Shown here: positions 36,950 through 47,829 of the stretch, in pieces
Layout: every line of letters starts with the position of its first letter
How positions within the stretch are numbered: the stretch's first letter is position 1
Assembly (NCBI GenBank): GCA_050246815.1
Contig: JBFWVI010000004.1
Location: 1-64,000 of the forward strand
Source: Bdellovibrionales bacterium
Lineage (GTDB): Bacteria > Bdellovibrionota > Bdellovibrionia > Bdellovibrionales > UBA1609
Direction: 5' to 3'
Length of the DNA stretch: 64,000 bases
Translations under genes and position numbers: made by a program
Notes under the pieces: generated by a model
The model's input: the letters and a program-made list of their open reading frames with translations, nothing else
What the model was told of the DNA's origin: nothing
The model's database searches: none

Positions 36950-39900
36950 ATTTACTCATTCTCCTCATAACATACACTCCCTTTGGCTTCGCAGACTTAA
37001 AAAATGAACCTCTTTGTGGTGCGGCCTGGGTCGGGGTGTCCAGTGCAGAAACCGATTTCGTGCAAGCAAAGAAGGGCCAGATTTTCCACCAAAGCACTGA
37101 TGTATTAGGCAACAAAACAAAAATTAAAATCACTGATTTTACGGGCAATTTAATTGACGAAATAACCATTCCCAAGATCGACGTGTCCCAGATTGAACCC
37201 TTTGGCAATGGCCTTGTCTATTTGTCTGAAAAAAAGATTTACTATTACGACCGTAAGCAAAAAAAATCAAAAGTAATCGCGGAGAATGCATCAACCTTAG
37301 GATGGGGCTGCGATTCGGATGAATCTGACACCACAATCTACATGAGCTGCTCAAGCAATGAGAATCCAACTTTTTATGACACTCAATCTCAAAGATCGTT
37401 GAATCTAAGCGGAAAGGCAACGGCCACAGCCTCAGGGCAAACAGTATTTTATGCGGAAACAACCGGAGGTTCTGAAAAATTTAGCCATATTTCAATCCAC
37501 GATTTCGCGACCTCAAAAAAACAAAAGTTTCCAGTCACAAAGTCAAAAGAGATCGAATTTATTTCGCCAAACCATGTTTCAGTTCAAGACTACGACGACG
37601 ACGACCATCTTGACACGCATTTCGTTAAGATCGACGGTTCGTGGGTTAAGTTCACAGACACCCCCTTAAGACGGTTGAACGGTGTTTTAAGCAACGGTGA
37701 TCTCATATTCAGAAATGCACGACATAAGAGAGGCCTTAATGTCCCGTACAATTATGACAACGCAGATGATTTTGTAGTTACAACAGAAATTTTTGATAAA
37801 ACAGGAAAAACAAAAAGAGCCACTTTAAATGGAGCGTATGGCAAAGTCGTGGCTGGCGGCCAATCAATCGCCAAGTACGACTTTAAGACACGCACGATGC
37901 ACAACTTTTCAGAGGCCGATTTTCAAGAGCTGGTGTCTGGAAAAAACGTTCGACCAAAAATTGAATCCGTGGACTCGATCACAGTGATTTCGAAACAGGG
38001 CAACTGGGGCGTCGGCTCGAACCTTAAAAAAAAATGAAACCCGCGTTACAAACTTAAATACTGGAAAATCTTTCAAAATTCCATTCACATCACAAGCATA
38101 CGATGTTCAAGAAGGCGAGGATGGAAAAAATATTGCCTTGCGAAATAGCAGTGGTCAGCGGCTTATTGTCGACACCACCTCGGGCAGGGTCAGGCGATTT
38201 CACGACTCAGAATATACACATTTCGACAAAAACTTTAATCTGTGGCTTGTTGATAAATATAATAGCGACCCTCAGCAGAAGAAAGAATTTTGCTTTCCGG
38301 CAAGCATTCAGGTTATCGATGATGATTGCAATTGCCTATTTAAGGACACTGAAGTTCCAATTTCGAACAGCACTTCACTTGAACAGATCCAAGACGTCGC
38401 AGTTGCGGCCTTGTGCAAAGAACCTTTTAAAAAAGAGGATTGGGACAAAATCACCCCGCCGCTCGAAAAAGGGCAAATCTCTGAAAAACAAGCCGCTCTC
38501 TACTTGAAAAGGTTCCAAAAAAAGGGCGGTTATGATCCCAAAATACATCTGCCGATTCTATCTAGTCTATTGCGCTCTAAATTAGTCGAAAAGGCCCCCG
38601 ACCTGGTGAATGAAACATTGAAGTCATTGGCCTATCATCATCCCCGCGTGTTACAGGCCGCCTACACTGTGCTGAAACTAGACAAAAACCTGGCCTTAAA
38701 GCAAGGGACAACTCCCAACTCATCCTGCAGGACCGAAACTGAACTCCACTACAATTCCCAAATGATCGAGAAAATGAAGTTGAGCTCGCAAGCCGAATCC
38801 TCTAAAACCACGACAGATGACTGGCTGGTCTATTCTCCATTCAAAAAAGACCTGCAAGAATTGCCCAAAGAAGAACGCGATCAGATTGTCGATGGGGTTG
38901 CCGAGAGCTTGTCACAAAATGCGGCAAGTTCGCAAGATCTAGAAGGTGCATTTCAGAGCAAGCTTTATTACTTTGCTAAGAAACACGCCCTGGACTTGGT
39001 CGGCGTACAAGGCAAGCCCGCAACAGATCTAGCTATTGCCATACGAAAAGGGGCCAATATTCCTATCCTTTTGGGCTCGGGAAATCTTGAAGGAGCCACG
39101 TCGCCTCAAATTGAAAATGTGATTAACAACAGCGACCCCTTCGGCTTTAAATACAAAGTCTTGCCCGCCCTGTCGGTGAATCCAAAAACAAAGGTCGGCC
39201 GAGTGTTCAATGAAAGCTTCGCTTGGAAGCATGATGATCAACCCTATCAGGCACATGCCAAAATCACGGTTTTGGAGCCTTTGGACAAGCTGATCAGCAA
39301 GAGCAAGTCCCCCAACTATTCTCAGTTGAAAAAAAACGGAACCAAAACAGGTATGATGGTGATTGGCACCAATTTGGCCGGACACGCCGGGCTTGTTGAC
39401 CGCTACTTGACCTATTACCAAAACGAAGGATTTGTTTTTGACACAGTTACAGATATCAACATCCCCTCCTTCTTTAAGGAAGTCATCCAAAGCGGCGAAG
39501 TGAACTATTTAATTAAAGAAGCCCATTCAGATGGCGACGAGCGAAACTTATTTCGGTCGGCAAAAGAGGGACGGCTCCACCGCGGGGTATTAAATAAACC
39601 CAATGGCGAAAAGGAGGTTATCTATCTGGCCACTCCAAAAGACCATAATTCCGGCAGCAAATTAATCTCAAATCAAGAGTTTGGATCCTGGGTCCGGTCA
39701 CGCGGAAAGAATCAGCCGTTGATTTACTTTAACACCAGCTGTTCCTCAACACGTAAGGTTATATCTGAAATTGCGGCCGCCCGTTCGCCAAATTTTATAC
39801 CGATACCCGGCAAGGGCAGCGTGAATACCTTTCGAGAAGTTGAGAGCAATGGGACTCGTCAAGTGCTGCACGCTTTTCGAAACGGTAAGGATTATGATCA

Positions 39901-40084
39901 AATTCGCGCGGCCTTGCACGCGTCCGAGAACTACAAAAAAGGTAAAGACCAATACATTTTCCCTGACGAAAAAGATTATGACCTGTACATACGCGAAAAT
40001 TTGAATTTGAATTTGGATGTTGAGATGACGATCAAGGGTCCAACCGGCGAAGTCATCCATATCGATAAAAGCATCGACAACTGA
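36934..40084 (+). pseudogene. Large secreted protein gene (~1049 aa) split by a frameshift in an A9 tract
   Basis: ORF 36934-38037 stops right after A9 (38026-38034). The frame of ORF 38138-40084 is open back to 38033. Deleting one A fuses the two. Confidence 0.7.
39957..40050 (+). repeat. Left copy of a diverged 94-bp direct repeat (3' end of the large secreted-protein gene)
   Basis: Gapless match to 55387-55480, 72/94 identical by hand count. Confidence 0.85.
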
Positions 40085-40136
40085 CCTGCCTAGCAGGTTT
40101 ACATGCGCCCGCCGGTTTACTTTCGTCAGCCTCTCT

Positions 40137-41372
40137 TTAGAACGAAGTTGCGATCTGAAGATAGTAGAACGATGCTTCGTCGCTGCCGCCATTGTCTTTA
40201 AGGTAGTTGCCAGAAACAACGCGGGCGGCCCCACCTTCCAAAGTCAGGTTTTCATCTAAAGTATAGGCGAGCACGAGGTCATATTCATTGGCGATGGCCG
40301 CACTATCACCCGTCGCGCCATACGCCGTCGTACCATTGAACTTATAGACCGAACGACTCGTGTCCTGACGTTCAAAATGGTAGTAGTCAAAGGATGCCAC
40401 AAGGCCCGATAAAATTTGTCCTGATACTCTGGCATGATAGCCTTCAATGTTTCGCCGAGAAAATAAATCGGCATAACCGAGCCATTTATGACCCGTGGGA
40501 AAAAGCTGATCAAAATTGCCACTGGCGCTGAAATACTCAACAGCCACACGATTTTTTTTAGACGCATCGAAGGTATATCCGGCTTCAAAGTTGTACTGCC
40601 GCTCACCCGTGGATTCTGCCGCTTTCACGTCTTCAAACGTCATCTCGGCGCGGTAATCGAACTCCCCCACTGATGATTTCAACCGCATGCCATATGCCGT
40701 TGTGCTGGATTTCGGACTCGTTGACGGATCATTCAAATAAAAAATGTAAGCATCGGCATGCTCGATGTTTTCCGAAATCCTATTAGCAGCATAAACTCCT
40801 GAAAACTCTCTGTCACCGGGGCCCGCGCCGGTCGTATTGCGGTCCACGACGCTCGAGTGAAAGACCTCCATGCTGCCATAGGCATGTTTGTACGCGGCCT
40901 GCGCAAGATCAAAAGAACGGCCAACGTTACTCCACCCCACTCCGCCGACTAAAAGCTCATCCCCGTAATTCAGCTCCCTTCGCCCCAATATGAACAAAAA
41001 TGACTCATTGGCCTGATATCCGAAATAGCCCTGATGAACGTCGATTGGCGAATCATTTGTTGCCGCACTTGTGTTGGCCGGAGTGTTCGCATCGGTCGCC
41101 GTTGGAACAAACTCAGGCTCGCCCCACGTCTTGGAAAACTGGGGCTGCAAAAAAATGTTTACCTTTTCCGTTGCCTGGACTTTAAAATCCAATCGAAAGC
41201 GTGAGGCGATGAAGTCAATGTAGTCATCCGCATTATCATTGAAATCCGTGTTTTCCCTGAACTCGGCGCGCACGCGCGCCGAGCCTGCAACTTGTATCCG
41301 ACTCGTTTGTGCCGACACGGTGCTTCCAACGAGCATCAATCCCAAGATCAAACCCATTCCTCTACAATCCAT
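40137..41372 (-). CDS. Alginate-export-family outer-membrane beta-barrel
   Basis: Signal peptide; R.R.E.R, GR.EL.YGDE.LVG..GWSNVGRSFD and LFPTGHKWLGYAD motifs; terminal Phe. Confidence 0.85.
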   Translation of the reverse strand: MDCRGMGLILGLMLVGSTVSAQTSRIQVAGSARVRAEFRENTDFNDNADDYIDFIASRFRLDFKVQATEKVNIFLQPQFSKTWGEPEFVPTATDANTPANTSAATNDSPIDVHQGYFGYQANESFLFILGRRELNYGDELLVGGVGWSNVGRSFDLAQAAYKHAYGSMEVFHSSVVDRNTTGAGPGDREFSGVYAANRISENIEHADAYIFYLNDPSTSPKSSTTAYGMRLKSSVGEFDYRAEMTFEDVKAAESTGERQYNFEAGYTFDASKKNRVAVEYFSASGNFDQLFPTGHKWLGYADLFSRRNIEGYHARVSGQILSGLVASFDYYHFERQDTSRSVYKFNGTTAYGATGDSAAIANEYDLVLAYTLDENLTLEGGAARVVSGNYLKDNGGSDEASFYYLQIATSF

Positions 41373-41381
41373 AATTTCTCC

Positions 41382-44300
41382 CTATGAGCAACCCATTGAG
41401 TTGCCGCAATTTAAACAGCGGTAGCACGTTCCATTTCGAACTGTCACATGCCCGCAATCGTTACACAGCGGTGAATCAGCCATAACTGCTGCCAATTGCG
41501 AATTCAATGCCAACTCCTTAGGCTCAATTCGTGAATCACGAATTATGGGTTTAGCAGCCGATGCCATGGGCAAGTCAAGCTGTTCTGGCCTCACATGAAC
41601 AAGATCGGTTTTGCCCAAATACTCAAAGGCGAGAAGCCTAAATATGTAGTCCAGTATGCTTGTTGCCTGCTTAAGATAGGGGTGATCGACAAATCCCGCT
41701 GGCTCAAATCGCGTGAATATAAATTTTTCGACGAATTGCTCAAGCGGCACTCCGTACTGAAGACCCAATGAAATTGAAATCGCAAAGCAATTGAGAAGGC
41801 TGCGGAACGAGGCCCCCTCTTTGTGCATGTCGATGAAAATTTCCCCCAGACGCCCATCTTCGAACTCACCCGTGCGCACATAGACTTGATGACCCGCCAC
41901 ACGCGCTTCGATGGTCATGCCGTTGCGCTTGTAAGGCATTTTACGCCGTCGCCCAGGAGCAACCTCGACGGCCTTTAATATGGCTTCATCCAGTTCGGCT
42001 TGTGTGTAAACTGCGGACTTTTTGACTGTGGTCGTCGATTTTCCGCTTAGCGGCTGACTGAGTTTGCAGCCGTCGCGATAAACCGCTATTGCTTTTAGCC
42101 CTAACTTCCAAGCCTGCAGATGTAGACATTCGATCTCCTCAACCGTTACCTCATTGGGAAGATTTACCGTTTTTGAAATCGCCCCGCTTAAAAATGGTTG
42201 TACCGCCGCCATCATGCGCAGATGCCCCAACGGCGAAATAAATCTCGTGCCTGTGGCCCCACATCTGTTGGCGCAATCGAAAACCGCAAGATGTTCCAGC
42301 CTCAACTGCGGACAACCTTCCACTGTAAGATGGCCACAAATCTCCTCAGACGCCCGAGCAATTTGATCTGGTGGAAAACCGATCGCTTGCAAGATCGAGT
42401 GCCCTTCCTTTTGTAGCTTTTCACCGTCAAGTCCTAAGCGCGCAAGAGCTTCTTGACCCAGGACCCACGGCGAAATCGCTGAGTTTAGATCAAAGGCTGA
42501 AGGCAATGCCTTTTCGATAGCTTCCAATTCAGCGTCCAAGAAACCGCGCTCCCGAAGCATATCCGCAGTGATGCATGTCGCCCCATTCAGCGACAATGTA
42601 CCAATGACATAAGTTACAATTGCAGAAATTTCTGTCGGAGAATAGCCAAGACCCTTGAGCGCTCTTGGTACAGACTGATTGATGATTTTCAAGTATCCGC
42701 CACCGGCCAATTTCTTAAATTTTACCGAGGCAAAATCGGGTTCAACTCCCGTGGTGTCACAATCCATAAGAAAACCAATCGTTCCGGTTGGCGCCAGCAC
42801 GGATACCTGAGAGTTGCGGAAGCCGTACTGAGCCCCGAGGCCCGCAGCGTCCTTCCAGACCTCTTCCGCTGCGTTATAAATTTTTGGATCTAATGAATCG
42901 GCTGCAAGCCGACGAGCGTGATCCAAGTGCTTTTCGATAATCCCCATCATTGCTTTCGCATTCTCGGTATAACCGGAGAAAGCACCTTTCTGCCCCGCTA
43001 AAAGTGCGCTTACTCGATACGCTTCACCTGACATTATTGCTGTAAGCGCGGCCGCCCATTCCCGCCCCGCATCGCTGTCATAGGGAAGCCCTTTAATCAT
43101 CAATAAAGTTCCCAAGTTGGCATAGCCCAAGCCCAAAGGACGGAAGCGATGACTGTTCCCCGCAATTTGCGCCGTCGGATAACTCGAGAAATCAACAAGA
43201 ATATCTTGAGCTAAAATCAAGATTCCGACACAGTGACGAAACTGTTCGACATCAAAGTCGCCGCTCTCATTCAAAAAACTAGTGAGGTTAAGCGAAGATA
43301 AGTTGCAGGCTGAATCGTTCAGGAACATATATTCTGAACAAGGATTGCTGGCATTAATTGTGCCTGACTTAGGACAAGTGTGCCAAGAGTTAATTGTCGA
43401 ATGAAATTGTAGGCCTGGATCAGCGCAGCTCCATGCCGCCTCAGATACCTTTCGCCACAGGTCTCTTGCCTTGTATGTGTGGATAGTTTCGCCACTGGTC
43501 CGCGCCGTTGTTCGCCAGATTCCATCTTCTTCAACCGCTCTCATAAACTCATCGGTAATCCGAATTGAATTGTTTGAGTTTTGACCGGCAACTGTTTTGT
43601 ATGCCTCACCGTTGAAATCCGAGCTGTAACCGGCGTCCACCATGGCCTTGACCTTTCTTTCTTCGCGCATTTTCCACGTGATGAGGTCTTCAATTTCAGG
43701 ATGATCCATGTCGAGGCAAACCATCTTCGCCGCACGTCGTGTTGTGCCTCCCGATTTGGTCGCGCCAGCACTTCGATCTAAGACTTCTAAAAAACTCATT
43801 AGACCTGAGCTATAACCGCCTCCAGAAAGTTTTTCATATCGACTTCGCAGCTTTGAAAAATTAGTGCCTGAACCAGATCCGTATTTAAAAAGACGTGCTT
43901 CATGTTTGATCAGGTCGTAGATGCTCATTAGGTCATCATCGACACTTTGTATGAAGCACGCAGAACACTGAGGATGCTCAAACGGACTTTTTGTAATTTC
44001 AATTTTTCCTGTTTTAACATTCAAAAAGAAGGAGCCCCCTGAGCCAGTGATCCCATATTCATGAAACAATCCACAATTAAACCAAACGGGACTATTGAAA
44101 GCCCCCTTCTGCTGGAGCAGGATATGAACAAGCTCATTTTCAAATCTTTGCCCATCTTGCGGCGTCTGGAAGTAACCGCCAAGCTCTTCGCCGGCATGTC
44201 GGATCGTGTGCGCCACACGACGAACCAGCTGCCGAACAGATGTTTCGCGCCCGCCGCCCTTGACACCCGAACGACGGAAGTACTTGCTTGCCGCGATGTC

Positions 44301-44534
44301 GACCGCCAGTTGACCCCATGTCGTTGGGGCTTCGACGTTGTTCATTGAAAAAATCTCCTGACCTTCGGCGCCTTTTACCGTGCATTCACGCACACTCCAT
44401 TGCACTTGGGCGTACGGATCTGCCCCTTCAGGAACAAGATACGCTTTGATTTTGAAACCAGATCTACTTTTTTTATTTAATGACGGCCGAGACCTTCGAT
44501 TTAAAGCTGCTGTTGTCGTATCATGTGAGGTCAT
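41382..44534 (-). CDS. nrdJ: Class II (adenosylcobalamin-dependent) ribonucleotide reductase
   Basis: FNSPVWFN, CSACFI, SGGTTRRAAKM, SNPCSEY active site, APTGTI, SGAISKTVN, YRDG; C-terminal TSCPD-like domain and CxxC-CxxC. Confidence 0.95.
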   Translation of the reverse strand: MTSHDTTTAALNRRSRPSLNKKSRSGFKIKAYLVPEGADPYAQVQWSVRECTVKGAEGQEIFSMNNVEAPTTWGQLAVDIAASKYFRRSGVKGGGRETSVRQLVRRVAHTIRHAGEELGGYFQTPQDGQRFENELVHILLQQKGAFNSPVWFNCGLFHEYGITGSGGSFFLNVKTGKIEITKSPFEHPQCSACFIQSVDDDLMSIYDLIKHEARLFKYGSGSGTNFSKLRSRYEKLSGGGYSSGLMSFLEVLDRSAGATKSGGTTRRAAKMVCLDMDHPEIEDLITWKMREERKVKAMVDAGYSSDFNGEAYKTVAGQNSNNSIRITDEFMRAVEEDGIWRTTARTSGETIHTYKARDLWRKVSEAAWSCADPGLQFHSTINSWHTCPKSGTINASNPCSEYMFLNDSACNLSSLNLTSFLNESGDFDVEQFRHCVGILILAQDILVDFSSYPTAQIAGNSHRFRPLGLGYANLGTLLMIKGLPYDSDAGREWAAALTAIMSGEAYRVSALLAGQKGAFSGYTENAKAMMGIIEKHLDHARRLAADSLDPKIYNAAEEVWKDAAGLGAQYGFRNSQVSVLAPTGTIGFLMDCDTTGVEPDFASVKFKKLAGGGYLKIINQSVPRALKGLGYSPTEISAIVTYVIGTLSLNGATCITADMLRERGFLDAELEAIEKALPSAFDLNSAISPWVLGQEALARLGLDGEKLQKEGHSILQAIGFPPDQIARASEEICGHLTVEGCPQLRLEHLAVFDCANRCGATGTRFISPLGHLRMMAAVQPFLSGAISKTVNLPNEVTVEEIECLHLQAWKLGLKAIAVYRDGCKLSQPLSGKSTTTVKKSAVYTQAELDEAILKAVEVAPGRRRKMPYKRNGMTIEARVAGHQVYVRTGEFEDGRLGEIFIDMHKEGASFRSLLNCFAISISLGLQYGVPLEQFVEKFIFTRFEPAGFVDHPYLKQATSILDYIFRLLAFEYLGKTDLVHVRPEQLDLPMASAAKPIIRDSRIEPKELALNSQLAAVMADSPLCNDCGHVTVRNGTCYRCLNCGNSMGCS

Positions 44535-44760
44535 CTGTCTCTCCTTGATATTCTAGATACCAGATCAATATGGGGCTGACAGCGTCAAGATTGTTGTGGT
44601 CGAGGCTGGTCATATTTATTTCTGTATGATTCACGTCATATCGCAGAATGCGAATTGAAACGCGAGGCGATAAATTGTCCCGGCAATGGGACGAAATGTC
44701 CCCCCAATATCATAATCCGACAACTCGCGCGCGGGCCGCAGATGGCGGCATACGATCTCA

Positions 44761-46401
44761 TCATTTTCGACTGAAGTTGAGTAGCTCGATGACAAATTCT
44801 TCGACGAATGCAGTCTTCGATTCCTTGGACGTCACAAAGGGATTCATTAAAACTAATCGCAGCATAAACCAATGATCCTGATCCATTTGCAGCTGCCGTT
44901 CGGATGCTAAACGCTCCAGAAGCGCGCCATATGCTTGCGCATGCAAAACAGTTTTCGAAACCGAAAAACACGGACTTGATTCAAAATAACGAAAGATATC
45001 TTCTGTCCTATTATTTATTTCGGAGACCTTCATTCCCCAAGGTGCAAAGCAGAAACACAGGACATTCAAATCAACCGGATCAACCACCAAGAACTCTGGA
45101 GCTCGCGATTGCAATTCGTGCAAGACTGAATCACGAGCTTCGATTCCCTTTGCCAAGAGTCGACCATAACCGGCCGCATTTAGCCCCAATGCCCTATTGG
45201 CCAACCATGTGGCCGTCACTCCAGCTCCTGACCGTGACCCCTCAAGGGTCGTCACCCAACGACTGTTATTTTCACGCATCAAATAGGTCGCTTGGAATTC
45301 ACGGACTCGGTAGTGTTCATGGTCACGTGCTATAAACGCGCCACAAGCATATGGAACGTAACCAAGCTTATGTGGATCTAACGTCACGGAGTCCACACGA
45401 CGAATAGCCCTTAAGTCCCGCCCCACCCGGGCATTGAGTTTGGACTCCACTTCGTCGCCATCCAACATCGCAGTGTAATACCCACCATACGCGGCATCGA
45501 CATGATGCCAAATATCCAATCCCCGTTCCCGCCCCAAATCTAATATATCTTGTACCTCGGTGATGGGATCGACCTCACCCATTTCTGTGGTTCCTGCGAC
45601 CGACACGACTAACATCACTTGGCGTCGGCGCTCTGCAGCCAGCTCTAGTTTTGCGCGCAAGTCATCCGTCGACAATCGCCCAGTGCGGTCCAAAGCCACA
45701 GGCCATAAGGCCTCTTCACCAAGCCCCATAAGACTGACGGCCTTCTCCCAAGAGAAGTGTTTATTGTTCGGCACCAGTACGACTGGTCCTTCAAACTGGT
45801 GACCTGTTTGATTCTTGTACTCTCGGGCGAACACCCATGGCCCTAATTTGAGCGGACTTAAATGCAGTTTTTCTTCAAAGCTCCGGTCCATTCGGACAAT
45901 GGCCCGCCACAAGGCTTCGAAGTTTGCGATCGTGCCGCCCGAGGTGAAGTGGCCGCAGGCTTGCTTTGGATCAAAGCCCAGCATTTCCGCAAGATCCGCA
46001 ATCGCCTCTTCCTCGAGTCTTGATGTTACTCGACTGACCTCGCGTGAAGTGTTGTTTGGGTTGTGCAGTAGAGCGCAAACGTGACCCAAAATGGCCGGCA
46101 GACTGACTTCCGAGACCATGTGACCAAGGTACCTGGGGGTAAACTTAGGAGTTTCATCTTCCAAAACTTTAAGAACATAGCGAAACTCCGTCTCTAATCG
46201 ACGCAAAGCCTCTAGGAATGCAGGCGTATTTCGGTCCGCTTCCGAAATGGAATTCCCATCGTGGGGAAATATAGAGCGTCGCCACCGAATCCAATTGTCG
46301 AGAATTTCAATCCACTTTTCCCTCAGCCAATCTGCGTTCTCGGCCTGGGGACCCAAGAAAAAGCTTTTGATCGCGATGTCCTGTGGTTCACAACTGTTCA
46401 T
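44761..46401 (-). CDS. Group II PLP-dependent decarboxylase (tyrosine/glutamate decarboxylase-like)
   Basis: FLGP..EN, PRY.GHM, GHFTSGGT.AN, GTTE.G.VDP, HVDAAYGG, DPHK (PLP Lys), LEGSR. Confidence 0.88.
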   Translation of the reverse strand: MNSCEPQDIAIKSFFLGPQAENADWLREKWIEILDNWIRWRRSIFPHDGNSISEADRNTPAFLEALRRLETEFRYVLKVLEDETPKFTPRYLGHMVSEVSLPAILGHVCALLHNPNNTSREVSRVTSRLEEEAIADLAEMLGFDPKQACGHFTSGGTIANFEALWRAIVRMDRSFEEKLHLSPLKLGPWVFAREYKNQTGHQFEGPVVLVPNNKHFSWEKAVSLMGLGEEALWPVALDRTGRLSTDDLRAKLELAAERRRQVMLVVSVAGTTEMGEVDPITEVQDILDLGRERGLDIWHHVDAAYGGYYTAMLDGDEVESKLNARVGRDLRAIRRVDSVTLDPHKLGYVPYACGAFIARDHEHYRVREFQATYLMRENNSRWVTTLEGSRSGAGVTATWLANRALGLNAAGYGRLLAKGIEARDSVLHELQSRAPEFLVVDPVDLNVLCFCFAPWGMKVSEINNRTEDIFRYFESSPCFSVSKTVLHAQAYGALLERLASERQLQMDQDHWFMLRLVLMNPFVTSKESKTAFVEEFVIELLNFSRK

Positions 46402-47024
46402 TTTTCATTCGCATGGCTACTTAGCTTCTCTACAAAATTTTTATGATCAGCGTTAATTCCGTTAATACGTTCAATGATGTCACCCTTCTCATTAAGAAGC
46501 GCGAAGATATTTGAGTGCGAATACTCACCCAACTTATCTTTGCTGTAGGCTACCCCAAGTAGTACGGCCATTTCGCGAACGTCTTTGTCGGATTGAGGAG
46601 ATAACCAGGTCCACCGGCCAAAATCCAAGCCCCTCTTCTTCATGAATGAAGCCAGACGCTCCGGGGTGTCGCGTTTTGGATCAAAAGACGCTAAAACGAT
46701 CCTGTAATTCGAAATACCTTTGGCAATCAATTCACTCTCAATCTTTTTTAGCTTCGCGACCGTAAGTGGACATGTGTAGGTGCAGTGCGTGTAGGCCATT
46801 GCGACAACAATTTTTTTGCCGCGAAACTCTTTGAGAGTTACTTTTTTCCCAGTCTGATCACGCCACTGAGTTTCGGAGTTGTAAAGGGACGAGTCGCTAT
46901 AGGCCGCCTGCAGTGCTGGCTTGGCCGATTGGTCGTCGTGATGGTGTTGATGGTCCTCGGCCCCAATATTAAAACTGAAAATCATGACAATGAGAGAGCT
47001 CAAGAGAATTGCAGTCGCCGTCAT
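46398..47024 (-). CDS. SCO family copper chaperone
   Basis: YTHCTYTCP CxxxC, FDPKRDTP, conserved His (YSHS), His-rich N-terminus. Confidence 0.9.
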   Translation of the reverse strand: MTATAILLSSLIVMIFSFNIGAEDHQHHHDDQSAKPALQAAYSDSSLYNSETQWRDQTGKKVTLKEFRGKKIVVAMAYTHCTYTCPLTVAKLKKIESELIAKGISNYRIVLASFDPKRDTPERLASFMKKRGLDFGRWTWLSPQSDKDVREMAVLLGVAYSKDKLGEYSHSNIFALLNEKGDIIERINGINADHKNFVEKLSSHANEK

Positions 47025-47809
47025 TATGATTCTCCTTTGACACAGCGGAATCCCAGGTTCCAGGTGGTTGATGCACCCTTTAAAGATGAACGAAAGGCGA
47101 ACCGCATGAACGCGGCATAGTTTTCTTTATTGCCACCGGCCATAGCACCCGAGCCGCAAAATAGTTCCCGGTTCAACGAGCTTTCGGTACGGCCCTCACC
47201 GGCAACAAGGCTGGAGTTGAAATCATAGACCCATTCCCAAATGAGCCCGTGAAGATCATGCAGGCCATACAGATTCTTGGGGCGACGACCAACTTTACTT
47301 AGCGTGGTGCTTTCTTGAGGCTGCGAGTACCATTCTAAAATCTGACGTAAAAACGCGGGGTCCTGACTGGCATCCGTTTTCGTTTCGCTGGCGGCGGCCA
47401 AATACTCCCACTCGGCCATTGTTGGCAAGCGCATGCCCAAGCCCTCGCAGTAAGCCTGAGCTGCGAACCACGAGACATTGGTTACGGGCGAATCCTTCGT
47501 TACATCGCCCCTGAGTTTGAGGTCAGATTGAAACTGCTTTAAGTAGCCATCATCCGCGAAAAGGGTTTTTACCTTTGATCTGCGCCACTCTGGATGAGAT
47601 TTCAAAAACTCCAGAAATTGTTTATTGGTCACAGGTAAAACCATAGCCTCGAAGGCCTTGATTTTAAGAGGCTCCACTTGTCCTGATTTGTCTTTGGTTG
47701 TTATCCAGAATGGTGCGAGCGCACCCGAGGGTATCGCAACGACAGAAGGGGGCGTTGCGGCGCTCGCTGCCACACTTACAAGAACCAAAATGAGAGCCTT
47801 TATCCGCAT
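47024..47809 (-). CDS. Formylglycine-generating-enzyme (FGE-sulfatase) domain protein, NirV-like
   Basis: PVTN, PVTNVSWFAA.AYC, RLPT.AEWEY, DLHGLIWEW, GFRC; directly downstream of nirK. Confidence 0.85.
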   Translation of the reverse strand: MRIKALILVLVSVAASAATPPSVVAIPSGALAPFWITTKDKSGQVEPLKIKAFEAMVLPVTNKQFLEFLKSHPEWRRSKVKTLFADDGYLKQFQSDLKLRGDVTKDSPVTNVSWFAAQAYCEGLGMRLPTMAEWEYLAAASETKTDASQDPAFLRQILEWYSQPQESTTLSKVGRRPKNLYGLHDLHGLIWEWVYDFNSSLVAGEGRTESSLNRELFCGSGAMAGGNKENYAAFMRFAFRSSLKGASTTWNLGFRCVKGES

Positions 47810-47829
47810 GATTCACATCTATATGTCTA

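Noticed and set aside
44535..44640. NrdR boxes, FNR box or cobalamin riboswitch upstream of nrdJ
   Set aside because: Only half-site matches and a TGAC-N3-GTCA palindrome with non-canonical spacing. No riboswitch core recognised.
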